A DNA stretch of 64,000 nucleotides from an uncultured Candidatus Rokubacteria bacterium (lineage in GTDB: Bacteria; Methylomirabilota; Methylomirabilia; Rokubacteriales; CSP1-6), in assembly GCA_963754315.1 (NCBI GenBank), contig CAVWFS010000005.1, positions 1-64,000 of the forward strand. The letters are read 5' to 3'. The stretch's first letter is position 1. The number at the start of each line of letters is the position of its first letter. A program made the translations under genes and the position numbers. The notes under the pieces are model-generated. The model saw only the letters and a list, made by a program, of their open reading frames with translations, searched no databases and was not told the origin of the DNA. Shown one piece after another: positions 29,089 to 41,494 of the stretch.

Positions 29089-30342
29089 CTACTCCGGGAG
29101 CGCGTTGATCTGCCGCGCCAGCTCTTCCATGGCCGCCTTGGGCGGCTTCTGCCCGGTGTAGACGGTCTCGATCATGGGCCGCGTGAGGTTCTCCGCCGCT
29201 ACCCACTTCGGCGTCGCCTGCGCGATCTGCCAGTTCGGTGCCTGGGCCAGAAGCGTCTTGAGGACCGGATCGCCGGTGATGCGCGCGTCGCTGTGCGACT
29301 TGCGGCTGGCTGACACCTGCCCGGCTTTCAAGGTCCACTCGGCCACGTGATCTGTGACCCACCGCACGTGCGTCCACGCCGCGTCCCGCTTGGCGCGATC
29401 GGTAGCCTTCGGCTTCGGAAAGCTGTACTGGTGCGGCATCGACCAGACCACCGGCTGCTTGAACAGGCGCGGGACGGGCGCCACCGTGAACTCGACCTTG
29501 GCCTCTCGCAGACCGGTGAAGTTCCAGGATCCGGCGATCCACAGCCCGAGCTTGCCCGCCGTGAAGGCATCGCGGCAGTTCGCGTTCGCGGGCGGCGCGA
29601 TCTTGTGCTGGTTTGCCAGCGATGCCCAGAAGTCCGCCACCTCCAGCGCGGCGGGGTCCGTCAGCGCGGAGCGCTTGAGATCCGGCGCGTAGATGTTGGC
29701 GCCGTTCTGCCACAGCAGGTTGTGAAAACCCCACGTGTACCGGCCCGGGTTGACGGTGCCGATCGCGAAGCCGAAGGTGTCACCCTTGGAAATCTGCTTG
29801 GCCATGGTCACCAGCTCGGCGCGGCTACCGGGAGCCTTCCCGCCGAGCCCCGCCTCTTTGAGGACCTTCTGGTTGAGGTAGAGGATGTGCTGCGGCACGT
29901 CGAGCGGCACGGCGTAGCGCTTGCCCTCGAACAGTCCCCCCTGCCACAGGGCGGGTAAATAGTCGTCGGCCCGGAAGCCCTTGCCCGCGAGGGCGCCGTC
30001 GTCGATGGCCTCCAGCACGCCGTCGTGGGCGAAGTGCGGGACTTCCGCCGTGTGGATGAGCACCAGGTCCGGCCCCTCCCCCGCGGGAACCGCCAGCTGC
30101 AGCTTCGCGTACAGCTCGGCCCACGGCAGGCGTTGCTGCTCGATGCGGATCCCCGTCTCCGCCGTGAAGCGGTCGATGAGCTCGTCCATCACCTTGCCGT
30201 CGGCACCGGTGAGACCGTTCCAGTACGTGATCGTCGGCTTGGCCTGGGCCGCCGCCCGCCGCACGAAGGCGGCGCCCCCGGCCGCCACGGCGGCGCTCAC
30301 CACGAACGTGCGACGGCTGACGGGCTGGCGATCGGCGCTCAT
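29089..30342 (-). CDS. Sugar ABC substrate-binding protein, Tat-exported
   Basis: SRRTFV twin-arginine leader; YWNGLTGADG, GPDLVLIH, YAVPLDV. Confidence 0.88.
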   Translation of the reverse strand: MSADRQPVSRRTFVVSAAVAAGGAAFVRRAAAQAKPTITYWNGLTGADGKVMDELIDRFTAETGIRIEQQRLPWAELYAKLQLAVPAGEGPDLVLIHTAEVPHFAHDGVLEAIDDGALAGKGFRADDYLPALWQGGLFEGKRYAVPLDVPQHILYLNQKVLKEAGLGGKAPGSRAELVTMAKQISKGDTFGFAIGTVNPGRYTWGFHNLLWQNGANIYAPDLKRSALTDPAALEVADFWASLANQHKIAPPANANCRDAFTAGKLGLWIAGSWNFTGLREAKVEFTVAPVPRLFKQPVVWSMPHQYSFPKPKATDRAKRDAAWTHVRWVTDHVAEWTLKAGQVSASRKSHSDARITGDPVLKTLLAQAPNWQIAQATPKWVAAENLTRPMIETVYTGQKPPKAAMEELARQINALPE

Positions 30343-30468
30343 GCTCTTCCTCCCTGCGGCGCAGTGTTGCGACGTGTGGCGCGACTCTACGGGTATCCTT
30401 CGCAGCCTGTCAATCGCCGCGCGCGCGCGCGTTGACACGGCGCCGCGCCATCGCGCAGACTCCGCGGC

Positions 30469-31978
30469 ATGGCCCGCATCGGCATCGATCTCGAGCGACG
30501 CATCGGCCCCGTGGACCGCCGCATCTTCGGACAGTTCATCGAGCACCTCGGCCGCTGCATCTACGGCGGCATCTACGACGAGGGCTCGCCCCTGGCCGAT
30601 GCGCGCGGGTTCCGCACGGACGTCCTCGACGCCGTCCGGCCCCTGCGCATTCCGATCCTCCGCTGGCCTGGCGGCAACTTCGTCAGCGGCTACCACTGGC
30701 TCGATGGGGTCGGTCCCAAGGAGGCGCGTCCGCGGCGCAGCGAGCTGGCCTGGTACGCGGAGGAGTCGAACCGTTTTGGCACCAACGAGTTCATCGACTA
30801 TTGCCGCGCCATCGACGCCGCCCCCTTCATCTGCGTGAACATGGGCTCGGGCACCATGGACGAAGCGCAGGCGTGGGTGGAGTACTGCAACGGCACCGGC
30901 ACCACGTCGTGGGCGAACCTGCGCCGGCAGCACGGCCACCCCGAGCCGCATCGGGTGCGCTACTGGGGCCTCGGCAACGAGATGTACGGAAGCTGGCAGA
31001 TCGGCAACATGAACGCCCACGACTACGTGAAGAAGGCGCGCGCCTTCGCCATGGTGATGAAGCGCACCGACCCCTCCATCCAGCTCGTCGGCTGCGGCCA
31101 GACGGGATGGAGCGAATGGGACGAGATCGTGCTGGGGGGCCTCGCCGACCTGATCGACTTCCACAGCATTCACCTCTACACAGGCAGCACCGACCACTAC
31201 ACGACGGTGTTCTCCTCACATCAGGCGCGAGCGCGCCGTCCGCATCTGCGCTGCCCTCATCGAGCGTGTGCGCCAGCTGCAGCGCATCGATCACCCGATC
31301 CACATCGCGTTCGACGAGTGGAACGTGTGGTACCGCACGCGCAGCCACGAGGACCGCGTGGGCGGGGTCGAGGAGCGCTACAACCTCTCCGACGCGCTGG
31401 CCATTGCCACTTACCTGAACGGCTTCATCCGCCACTGCCAGACGGTGCGCATCGCCAACTTCGCCCAGCTGGTGAACGCCATCGCGCCGATCTTCACCAA
31501 CCCGAGCGGGCTCTTCCGGCAGACGATCTACCATCCCCTTCACCTCTACGCGACGCACATGCGCGAGATCGCCCTCGACGTCCATGTCAACGGCGAGACA
31601 TACGATCTCTCGCCCGCGCAGGAAACAGGGAGCGCCGGCCGCGTGCATCACGTGGCCGGGCTCGGACCGTTCCAGCTCCTCGACGCCGTCGCCACCTGCG
31701 ACACTGCCGGGCGCGCTCTCACCCTGGCCGTCGTGAACCGCGATCACGCCCGCCCCCTGACCGCCACCATCGATCTCGGCGGCGCCTCACCGGCGGGCCT
31801 CGCCGAGGTGTGGGAGGTCAACGGCGCCGACGTGTCTACCACGAACTCGTTCGAGACACCGCGCGCCGTCGACGTCACCTCACGCCGGGTGGAGCTTCGT
31901 GGCTCGCGCATTGACTACACGTTCCCTGCGCATTCGATCACGCTCCTTGGCTTCGCCGTCTCCCCCGCCGGCCCCTAG
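30469..31978 (+). CDS. abfA: Alpha-L-arabinofuranosidase, GH51 (frameshift near 31225)
   Basis: FIEHLGRCIYGG, LRWPGGNFVSGYHW, WGLGNEMYG; continues IAFDEWNVW, ANFAQLVNAIAPI, FPAHSIT. Confidence 0.92.
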
Positions 31979-32023
31979 CATGCTCGGATCGTCGCGATGT
32001 CATCGTCACGATGTCTATGTTGG

Positions 32024-33314
32024 CTATCCGTCCAGCATCGGCATCTTCGCGCGGGCCGCGGGAGGCGCCGGCGGGCGGGCGAGGAGGGCGGCAGGCACGG
32101 CAAGCGCGGCGAGGGCCGCGAAGCACAGGAGCGAGAGGTCGTAGCTGCCGCTGCGGTCGCGCAGCACGCCCGAGAGAAGCGGGCCCGCCGCCTGCGCCAG
32201 GACTTGGATGGCGAGAGCGATGCCACGGATGGCGCCAAAGCTTCGCCGGCCGAAGAGGTCGGCCCAGGCGACCGGCAGCAGGGTGAACATGCCGCCGAGG
32301 CCAAGCCCGAACATGGCGGCCGAAAGGTATGCGAGGAACGGGCCTGCGATCTGGCTCATCGCCAGGGCACTGGCGGCCACCAGCGCTGCGGCGACCGCGA
32401 GGCGCACACCGAGCAGCACCCGCCGGCCGATGAAGCCGACGCTGAAACCCGCCAGCGCCGACATCGCGGAGAAGGTGCTGACCACCGTCGCGGCCACGGT
32501 CGAATCGAGGCCGCGCTCGATCAGGTTCGGCGCCTGGTGCAGGCTGACGCCAGCCTGCACCGGCCAGATCAAAAGGCCGTAGAGCGAAAGGAACCAGAAG
32601 GCCGGTGTTCGGACCGCCTGCGCCCGGGTGAAGACGGGTTCCGGGACAGGCGGCGCCAGGCCGCCTGCGGGCGCCGTTACCGGGTCCGGCGCGAGACCGA
32701 GATCCTCTGGTCGTCGTGCCAGCAGTAGCCAGACCGGGAGGAAGCCGACGATCGCCACGATGAGACCGACGGCCAGCCAGCCAGCGCGCCAGCCGCCACG
32801 CAGCATGGCGAGCTGCGCCACCAGCGGCAGGATCACGAGCCCCGACATCTGCGCCAAGGTGGCGATCGAGGTCGCCTGCGACCGCCGCGCGACGAACCAG
32901 CTCGCGAGCGCGCCGTAGATGCCGAGGTCAAAGGGCCCGGCGAAGTTCGTCCGGCCGATGCAAAACAGCACGTAGAAGAGGGCCAGCGAGCCGACGAGCG
33001 ACAGTCCCATCGCCGCGGCGGCTGTCGACAGGACGGCCAGGCTCAGGATCACCCGCGCGCCGCGCCGGTCCAGCACCGGGCCGAGGAACGGCGACGGCGA
33101 TCGCCGCCAGGATCCCGCCCAGCGACACCGCCCCCGAGATCGCCGTCCGCGACCAGCCGAACTCCCCGATCATCGGGGCGACGAAGATGGACAGCACGGC
33201 CACCGATGACGCCTGCCGGGCGAAGCCCGCGCAGCACACGCAGGCCAGGATGACCCACCCGTAGTAAAACGGCAGGTGTCGGACCAGGAGACTCGGCAGT
33301 CGCTGGATGCTCAA
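32024..33314 (-). CDS. MFS transporter (frameshift near 33090)
   Basis: PFYYGWVIL, EFGWSRTAISGA, LDRRGAR, ADLFGRRSFGAIRG. Confidence 0.85.
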
Positions 33315-33358
33315 GTTCCAATCGAAGGCCGGACCGGCGCCTCCTCGCGCCGCCCGTG

Positions 33359-33562
33359 TTACGTGGGTCGATTCCGCAACCGGAAGACGCCGAGGTGAAA
33401 GAGCAGATAGCTCAAGAGCAGCAGCGCCCACCAGGGCAGCGTCGGCACCGCGGGGAGCGTCACCGCGCCGGAATACCCGAGCACGCCGATCGCGCCGGCG
33501 GCAAGCAGCCCCGTCGCGCAGCAACGCCACGTCACGCGCACCCACCACGGCCGATTCAACAC
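33359..33562 (-). CDS. Small two-TM membrane protein
   Basis: 67 aa with two hydrophobic segments; RBS GAGGGAGG upstream. Confidence 0.4.
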   Translation of the reverse strand: MLNRPWWVRVTWRCCATGLLAAGAIGVLGYSGAVTLPAVPTLPWWALLLLSYLLFHLGVFRLRNRPT

Positions 33563-33758
33563 GCGGCCTCCCTCTCAAAGCGGGACACCTGGCACAGCGC
33601 ATCGCGGCCGTCGCCTGCCGCCGAGTGGGGAGTATAGCCGGTCGGGCGCTCAGGTCACGCGACGAAGTCGTCAGACGACAAAAGCTCCCTCATCGCCCCG
33701 GCACCCGGTCGTACACTGGGTCGAGCGCGGAAGAAAAGCGCCTGCGCCGGAGAGTGGA

Positions 33759-35278
33759 ATGCGCGATCGGCTCACGGACACTGCGAAGGATCTCGAATCT
33801 CCGTTCCTCGATGAAGAAATCCTGACGGCTGAACCTCACCATGATGCGGAGCCCAGGGTGGCGAGGCTCGCCGAGCATAGTCCGTTCGAGGAGCTGCTGT
33901 TCTTCCCGGGCGGCAGAGCGACGCCGGGGTCGGGAGGCGGCGGCACGCCAGTGCTCAGCCGGCCCGATTTCTGGCCGGACGTGGTGTACATCGCCAAGGG
34001 GGGGGATGACTTTCTCAGCTCCGCGCGAGCGTTCCACACGATGTGGGGCTTCACGCCCGTGGAGTTCGAGAGCCTCGAAGGCCTCATCGGGCTGATCGCG
34101 AAAGCGAAGAATCTCGGGCCAGCGAATTCGGGTGATCAGCCACGCGTGGGACGGCTTCAACATCCCGCTCTTCAAGGGGTCGCCGGCGGGGTTCACCATC
34201 ACGCAAAGGCAGATCGAGGCGGTGAACGCAGGCGACGGTGCGCTGATGGATGCGTTGCTGGGAAAGCTGGTCGATCTGGATGCCACCACCAATCAGGGTC
34301 AGACTGCCTGGACCGCGCTGCTGGTCCATCTTGAATCGAGCGCTCCGGACGCGCTGAAACCCTTCGGCCTGAGTTCCGGGACCAAGCCCACCGGCGACCT
34401 GGAGCTCCTGCTGCGCCGGTGCGCGGATCTCGTCGCCGTGGCATCGGCCGACCCGGCATTCAAGAACGCCGTCCGCAAATCGATCGCCGCCGCCGTCGCG
34501 CGGCTGAAACGGACCAACCCCGAAGCGAACGCGCTCGAGACCGCGGTGACATCAAGCGGGTTTACGTTCACCATGAGCGCGGCCACGTCCGATATGGTGA
34601 AGCGCTTGCGGGCAGCGGTAGACGCTCTGGATCGCCGGGCATTTCGCAAGACCCTGAAGGATGCCCGGGCGAAGCTCGCGGGCACATGGCTCGATTTTCG
34701 CGGCTGCCGGATCGGGCATCAGCCGACGTATCTCGAGGCATTGGCGAAGCTCATGGGTACGGACGGATGCACGGCGCCCGATTGGTGGTCGGGGTACCCC
34801 GGCGAAGTTCCTATCCGCGACCAGCAGGTCGGATCCGCAGACGCCTTCAAGAGTATCGTCAAGGCCTCGAAGGCCGCCGAGGCAGCGATGAATCGCTGGG
34901 GAACGCTCGCCATAGCGGGATGGAGCGGAGTCGCCGCCGCCGACCGGCCCGTGCGCTTCTTCGCCGATGTCCTGGCGAAGGGCGAAGTCTTTCCCGTCTA
35001 CGAGGTCGATCATTCGGGCGCGACGCTGAAACAGAAACACACGCTCTTCTGGAACAGCGCCAAGAGCAAAGAGCGGTGGCTCGAGGCCATGTGGGATCGG
35101 GCGCCGAAAAAGCGGGTGCAGGCCATTGCCGAAGGCATGGAAGGGCAAGACGCCGCGAATGGCCACCTTGGCGAAGCATCTCAAGGCGGCGAATGGCTCA
35201 GGAGCGAATCCGCAGATGATCTTCGTGGCGCCCGAACCGGAGTTTCGCGACCACATCATCGAAGTCAAGAAGCCATAG
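33759..35278 (+). CDS. Hypothetical protein with His/Cys motifs of caspase-hemoglobinase-like fold (frameshifts near 34110 and 35135)
   Basis: Acidic leader DLESPFLDEEIL; RIRVISHAWDG...WLDFRGCRIG...CTAPD. Reconstructed end EFRDHIIEVKKP*. Confidence 0.5.
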
Positions 35279-35345
35279 CGACAGCCTCCGCACGGCCGAA
35301 GGGCTACGATCTCCGAGTGTCTCGCCCCGACGGAGCCGCGGATCG

Positions 35346-36068
35346 ATGAGGGCGGAGTGGGTGGCCGCTGCCGTGGTCATGGCCTTTGCGAACTTCGTTC
35401 TCGGGCTGGTCGGGTTCGGTAACGGGCTCGTCGCCATGGCGCTCCTGCCGTTCCTGATCTCACCGGTGAAAGCGATCGCGGTGCTCACGATCTACACCAT
35501 CGTCTTCTCGATGGCGATCTTCCTGCCGCTACGCCAGCACCTGCTCCTGTCTCCCGTACTCGACATGCTCGCCGGCACCGTGCTGGGAACGCCCATCGGC
35601 GTGTGGGTCCTGAGCACGTTCCCGATCTCGACACTCAACCGCCTGATCGGCGGTACCTTGATCGTCGTCGTCGTGCTCGAGTGGACGCGGCTCCACCCCA
35701 GGCGACTACGCGGGCGCGGATGGCGTGTCGGCGCAGGAATGCTGGCGGGAGTGACGGGGGCTGCCGTCGGCACGCCAGGCCCACCCGTCATCCTCTACGC
35801 GACGACCCAGGGCTGGAGCCCGCGAACGATCAAGGCCAACCTCCAGGCGTTCTTCGTCGTGAACCAGGCGGTGATCCTGGTCGGCTATTGGTGGGCCGGC
35901 GTGCTCGACGGGGAGGTGTGGCGGCTCTCCGCCTCGTTCGCGCTGCCCGCCGCGGGCGGGACGGGACTCGGTATGCTGCTCTTCACCCGCGTCGATCCTG
36001 AGCGGTTCCGGCGGATGGTGTTCGGCGTCCTGCTGCTCGCCGGCCTCGTCCTGCTCGTGCGCGGCTGA
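35346..36068 (+). CDS. TauE/SafE (TSUP) family transporter
   Basis: GLVGFGNGLVAMALL, GTPIGVW, GAAVGTPGPPVILY. Confidence 0.88.
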   Translation: MRAEWVAAAVVMAFANFVLGLVGFGNGLVAMALLPFLISPVKAIAVLTIYTIVFSMAIFLPLRQHLLLSPVLDMLAGTVLGTPIGVWVLSTFPISTLNRLIGGTLIVVVVLEWTRLHPRRLRGRGWRVGAGMLAGVTGAAVGTPGPPVILYATTQGWSPRTIKANLQAFFVVNQAVILVGYWWAGVLDGEVWRLSASFALPAAGGTGLGMLLFTRVDPERFRRMVFGVLLLAGLVLLVRG

Positions 36069-36131
36069 GCCCGCCCAAGGTTGGCGGCGTCGCGCGAAGC
36101 GTGAGAACGTCGAAGGAACGAGGGGCACCCC

Positions 36132-36300
36132 ATGGGGTTTACCGTCATCGACAGACGCCGGATCAGCTACCTTGCTCCTGGCCGTCGCCGCCGGCGGCTT
36201 GGGCAACGCGTGCTTTACATTCACGGCACCGGATGCAACGCCCGCGTGTGGCAACCGCACATGGCCGCGATCGCCGACGCCCATACGCCGGTGGCCATCC
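36132..36300 (+). pseudogene. Alpha/beta hydrolase N-terminal fragment
   Basis: GQRVLYIHGTGCNARVWQPHMAAIADAHTPVAI, truncated just before the expected DLPGHG. Confidence 0.65.
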
Positions 36301-36397
36301 ACGGCCCACCGCCAGCAGGCGCGCCTCGGTCTCCGGCGCGGCCACCCGGGTCAGCGCCCGGACCTTGGCGTAGGACAGCTCGCCGCTGGCCAGGGCC
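36301..36397 (-). pseudogene. DUF222 / HNH-endonuclease (13E12-type) fragment
   Basis: ALASGELSYAKVRALTRVAAPETEARLLAVGR. Confidence 0.6.
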
Positions 36398-36716
36398 CAC
36401 GGGATCTTGCACGGCGCCGACGAGGCGGCGCGCGCGGCCTTCCAGAGGCGACGCACGCCGGGGATGCGGCGAACCTTGTGCGGAGTGAGCGTGGACACCG
36501 ATCGGTCGCTGGTAGCGTCGCCCGTGTACGAGCGACTGACGCTCTAGCGAGCCTCCAGCCTGCTCGACGGGTGAATGTGGACCTGCAGCGCTCCGTCCCA
36601 TGGATGTAGTTTCCTCATCACCTCCAACCCCCAGAGGGCGGTCCAGCCCCCCGCCCTCTGGGGCACCCCCTCTTGACCACCGACAGCGTGGCCGTGAAAT
36701 GACCCGGTGTGTCAGA
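36398..36716 (+). repeat. Dispersed duplicate, copy 1 (hmgA-like 3' end + downstream non-coding DNA)
   Basis: Near-identical to 45028-45346; weaker similarity continues to about 36840/45437. Confidence 0.9.
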
Positions 36717-36972
36717 TTGCGACTTGATGCAGGAAGGACGAGTACCGCGGACGCGTGTACGGCCGCAATATCTACCTCTATCCGGGCCCTTACGCGTGAT
36801 CGGTCTGAGGCTACGTCGAGAAAGTTGACACATCTGCCCGCCAGCTCTTAAGAAGCCGAACACGCCTGGATCATGTCTCAGCAAACTGCTGTCGTAGCAA
36901 CTTGATAGCCAGCAGGCCGAAGACGGCCAGGGTCAGTAACAACATCGGGCCACGCTGCGATCGCGGGAGCAT

Positions 36973-38614
36973 TTACCGATCCAGCCAGGCCGCCACCAGG
37001 CGCCCGCCGTAGTCGTAGCCGAGGTTCGGGCCATAGTTCTTGACGATGCCGTCCCACACGAAGATCGTGACTGGCGAGTAGATCTCGGCGATGTATTGCT
37101 GGACGGCCACGTGGCGCTGGATATCGTGGAGCAAGCGCCGTCGCACGGCGGGATCCTGCGTGCGCCGCTGGCGCACCAGCAGATCCGTGAGGGCTGGATC
37201 GTTGACCTTGGCCACATTGCGGGGGTGGCCAGGGTAGTAGTTGGTAAAGAGGTAGTTGTCGGGGTCGAGGAAGGGCGTGGTGGCGCCGTAGTACATGCCC
37301 TCGTAGTTGCCGGTCACCGTGGTCGCGATGTAGGCACCGTACTCCTTCTGGTTTAGCTTGGCCTCGATGCCCACCGCCTTCAGATCCTTGAGGATGAGCT
37401 GGATAGCATCGTCCATGAAGGTCGACCCGTAGTTGTTGAAGTCCATCACGGTCGCGAACCCGCGCGGGTGGCCGGCCTCGGCCAGGAGGCGCCGCGCCTC
37501 GGCGGGATCGTACCGGTATGAGCGGGCCCCCTCGCCGAGCTGGTCCACCGGGAGCGCCCAATCCCTGAGGGCCGCCGGCAGGGCCGCGTTCGTCCGGCCC
37601 ACACCGTCTGCCACCGCATCGATGAGCTCCTGGCGATTGATGGCTTGGGAAATCGCGCGGCGCACGCGCACGTCGGAGAACGGCGGCTTGTCGGTGCGCA
37701 TATAGACTTTGTACCCGACATTACTCGGATATTCGGCTGTCCTCAGAGTCGGGCGGTGCCGCTTGAGTTGATCCCTCACGGCGTTCCAGTCGGTACGATT
37801 GATGGCGCCCGCGCCTTCCCAGCCGAGGTCGTACTTGCCGGCCAGGAAAGCCGCCAGGCGCGAGGCATTGTCCTCGTCGATGGTGACCTCGATCAGGTCG
37901 ATGTGAGGCAGACCCGGGAGAAAATAGCCGGGGTGGCGGACCAGAGTGAAACCGACATTCGGCCGGTAGCTGTCGAGCATCCACGGCCCGGTGCCGACGG
38001 TGGCTTCGGCCTTCTTCAGGTCGCCGAACTTCTCCACGCACTCGCGGGCGATGATCGGCAAGGTCATCGGGTTGGCGATCATGTCGGGGAACCAGGCGAA
38101 CGGTTCCTTGACCGTAAACCTCACCGTGTAGCGGTCGAGAGCCTCAACCTTATCCACCGCAGCCAGCATGTATGCCTGAGGATTGCCCTTGACGGTGCGG
38201 AACCGCTCCACCGAGTAGAGGACGTCCTCCGCGGTCAGCTCGCGCCCGTTCACGGGGGGCTTGGGATGAAACCGCACGCCCTTCCTGAGCTTGAACACGT
38301 ACGTCGTCTCATCCGGCTGGTTCCACGACTCGGCGAGATCGCCCTCGAGCGAGAAGATCCCAGGCTGGATCGTCGGACCCGCCCGGTGCTTGAGCAATCG
38401 ACTGTGAGTGAATGTATAGGGAATCTGCGTCTTGAAAGCGAGGATGAGGTACGGATCCCCAGTGGGGCGGATCCCAGAGACGTACGGCAAGGGTCCCGCC
38501 TCGCTTCGGAGTCTGCGCCGCGGCCGTCGACGGGTTCAGGCCCGTGGACGTGGCGACGGCACCGATGGCCACGGCCGAGACTCCCTGTGCGAGGAACTGA
38601 CGGCGGTTGATCAT
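36973..38614 (-). CDS. Family-5 ABC substrate-binding protein, Tat-exported (frameshift near 38460)
   Basis: MINRRQFL leader, PKRGGTL; GDLAESW, FKLRKGVRFH, VGTGPW, PPFSDVRVRRAIS. Confidence 0.85.
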
Positions 38615-38653
38615 GCCGATTCCTCCTGTAGCCCGAGCGCGCTCGCGCCTCGG

Positions 38654-39633
<980 letters not shown>

Positions 39634-39637
<4 letters not shown>

Positions 39638-40535
39638 ACGCGGATCTCCATGGCGTCGCGGAGCCCGTCGGAGAGCAGGTTGAACGCCATCGACGTGAGG
39701 AAGATGGCGACGCCGGGGAGCGCCGGCACCCCGGCGTTCACGTAGATCGACTCGCGCAGCGTGTTGAGCATCAGGCCCCACTCGGCGGCCGGCGGCGTCA
39801 CGCCGAGGCCGAGGAAGGAGAGCCCGGCGGCCAGGATGATCGAGAGCGACACCTGCGTGCGACGAGAAGACGAGCACGGGCCCGAGCACGTTGGCGAGCA
39901 GGTGGTGGCGCATGATCGGCCACACGCCGCTGCCGCTCGCCCGCGCGGCGGCGACGAACTCGAGCGACTTGACCTGCACGGTCGCGGACTCCGCCACCCG
40001 GACGACGCGCGGGATGAAGACGACCGAGAGCGAGATCAGCGTGTTCGAGAGGCCGGGGCCGAGCGACGCCGGAGATCGCGATGGCGAGGAGCACGGCGGG
40101 GAACGCGTAGAACACGTCCATCGTGCGCATGATCGAGCGTGTTGCGTGAGCCCGCCCGACGTAGCCGGCGAGCACGCCGAGCGCGGTGCCGAGGACGAAC
40201 GCCACCACGGACCGGCGTGAGGCCCGCCAGGAGCGTCATGCGCCCGCCCCAGAGGAGGCGGCGTCAGCATGTCGCGGCCCTGCTCGTCGGTGCCGAGCGG
40301 ACGTGCGGGCGAGCCCACCGGCGCCAGGCGCAGGCGGATCGAGCCGGCGTGCGGATCGTGGGGCGCGAGCGACTGGCGCCAGGATCGCGGAGAGCGCGAT
40401 GAGGAGCAGCAGGGCGCCGGCGACGAGCGTCGTCGGGTCCCGCGCGCAGCCGCCAGGCGACGGTGCGCCAGTAGGACATCGGCGCGCCGGGGACAGTCGT
40501 CGGCCTCGCGCGGGGACGGGCGAGCGACGTCGCAT
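39634..40535 (-). CDS. Peptide ABC permease (DppC-like), multiple frameshifts
   Basis: [48 protein letters not shown]. Confidence 0.8.
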
Positions 40536-41476
40536 CAGTGGCGGGCGATCCGCGGGTCGACGAGCGTCTGCGCGAGGTCGACCGCGAGGTTCAGGAGGAC
40601 GAAGAACGTCGCGAGCACCAGGATCACGCCCTGCAGCACGGGGAGGTCCCGCTGGAAGATCGCGAGGTTCATCAGGTAGCCGGTGCCAGGCCACGAGAAC
40701 ACGGTCTCCACCAGCACCGAGCCGCCGAGCTGGAACCCGAACTGCAGGCCGAGAACGGTGAGGATCTGCGGCGCCGCGTTCTTCACGACGTGCGCGAAGA
40801 CCGTCGCGCGGCCGCGAGGCCCTTGGCGCGCAGCGCGAGCACGAACTCCTGGGCGAGGATGTCGAGCGCCGCCGAGCGCACGACGCGCGGCGAGGACGCC
40901 GAGCGGGATCAGCGCGAGGGCGATGGTGGGCAGCGCCATGTGCCGGAGGTACTCGACGAGCCGCCCTCCGGCGACGCGCCCATGGCGGGCAGCCAGTTGA
41001 GCTGCACGGAGAAGACGATGATGAGGATGATGCCGGCCCAGTAGTGCGGCACGGACACGCCGACGATGGCGATGGCGCTCGCGAGCTTGTCGAGGACGCG
41101 CCCTTGCCGGAACGCGGCGAGCAGGCCCAGCGCGATGCCGAGCCCGAAGGCCAGGAGCGACGCCGACACGGCGAGGACGAGGCTGTTCTTGAGCGCGTCG
41201 CGACACGTCGAGGAGGACCGGGCGCCGAGTGGCAATGGACTTCCCCAGGTCGCCCTGGACGACGCGCCCGAGCCAGTGAAGGTACTGGACGGGCAGCGGC
41301 TGGTCGAAGCCGTACTGCGCCTGGCCGCCTCGATGTCGGTCCTGGCTCGCGTCGATCGGCATCACCGCCGAGAGGGGATCGCCCGGGGCGAGGTGCACCA
41401 TCGCGAAGACGATGATGCTCGCCCCCAGCAGGGTGGGGATCGCCAGGAGGAGCCGCCGCCCGACGTAGGCCCACAT
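40535..41476 (-). CDS. Peptide ABC permease (DppB-like), multiple frameshifts
   Basis: HLAPGDP, DQPLPVQY, GGSVLVETVFSWPG, NLAVDLAQTLVDPRI. Confidence 0.82.
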   Translation of the reverse strand: MWAYVGRRLLLAIPTLLGASIIVFAMVHLAPGDPLSAVMPIDASQDRHRGGQAQYGFDQPLPVQYLHWLGRVVQGDLGKSIATRRPVLLDVSRRAQEQPRPRRVGVAPGLRARHRAGPARRVPARARPRQARERHRHRRRVRAALLGRHHPHHRLLRAAQLAARHGRVAGGRLVEYLRHMALPTIALALIPLGVLAARRALGGARHPRPGVRARAARQGPRGRATVFAHVVKNAAPQILTVLGLQFGFQLGGSVLVETVFSWPGTGYLMNLAIFQRDLPVLQGVILVLATFFVLLNLAVDLAQTLVDPRIARH

Positions 41477-41494
41477 CGGCGGACGCTTCCGCCG

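Noticed and set aside
30343..31197. N-terminal extension of the 702-aa sugar SBP ORF
   Set aside because: It overlaps the GH51 gene in antisense; the Tat leader and RBS mark the true start at 30342.
36400..36620. Minus-strand ORF with a conserved in-frame TAG (possible readthrough)
   Set aside because: Copy 2 has an additional earlier stop, and the shared TAG coincides with the CTAG at the plus-strand hmgA-like stop.
36398..36716. Duplicate as a MITE, group II intron or IS end
   Set aside because: No terminal inverted repeats or intron boundary motifs; the first 150 bp read as the hmgA-like C-terminus with synonymous differences.
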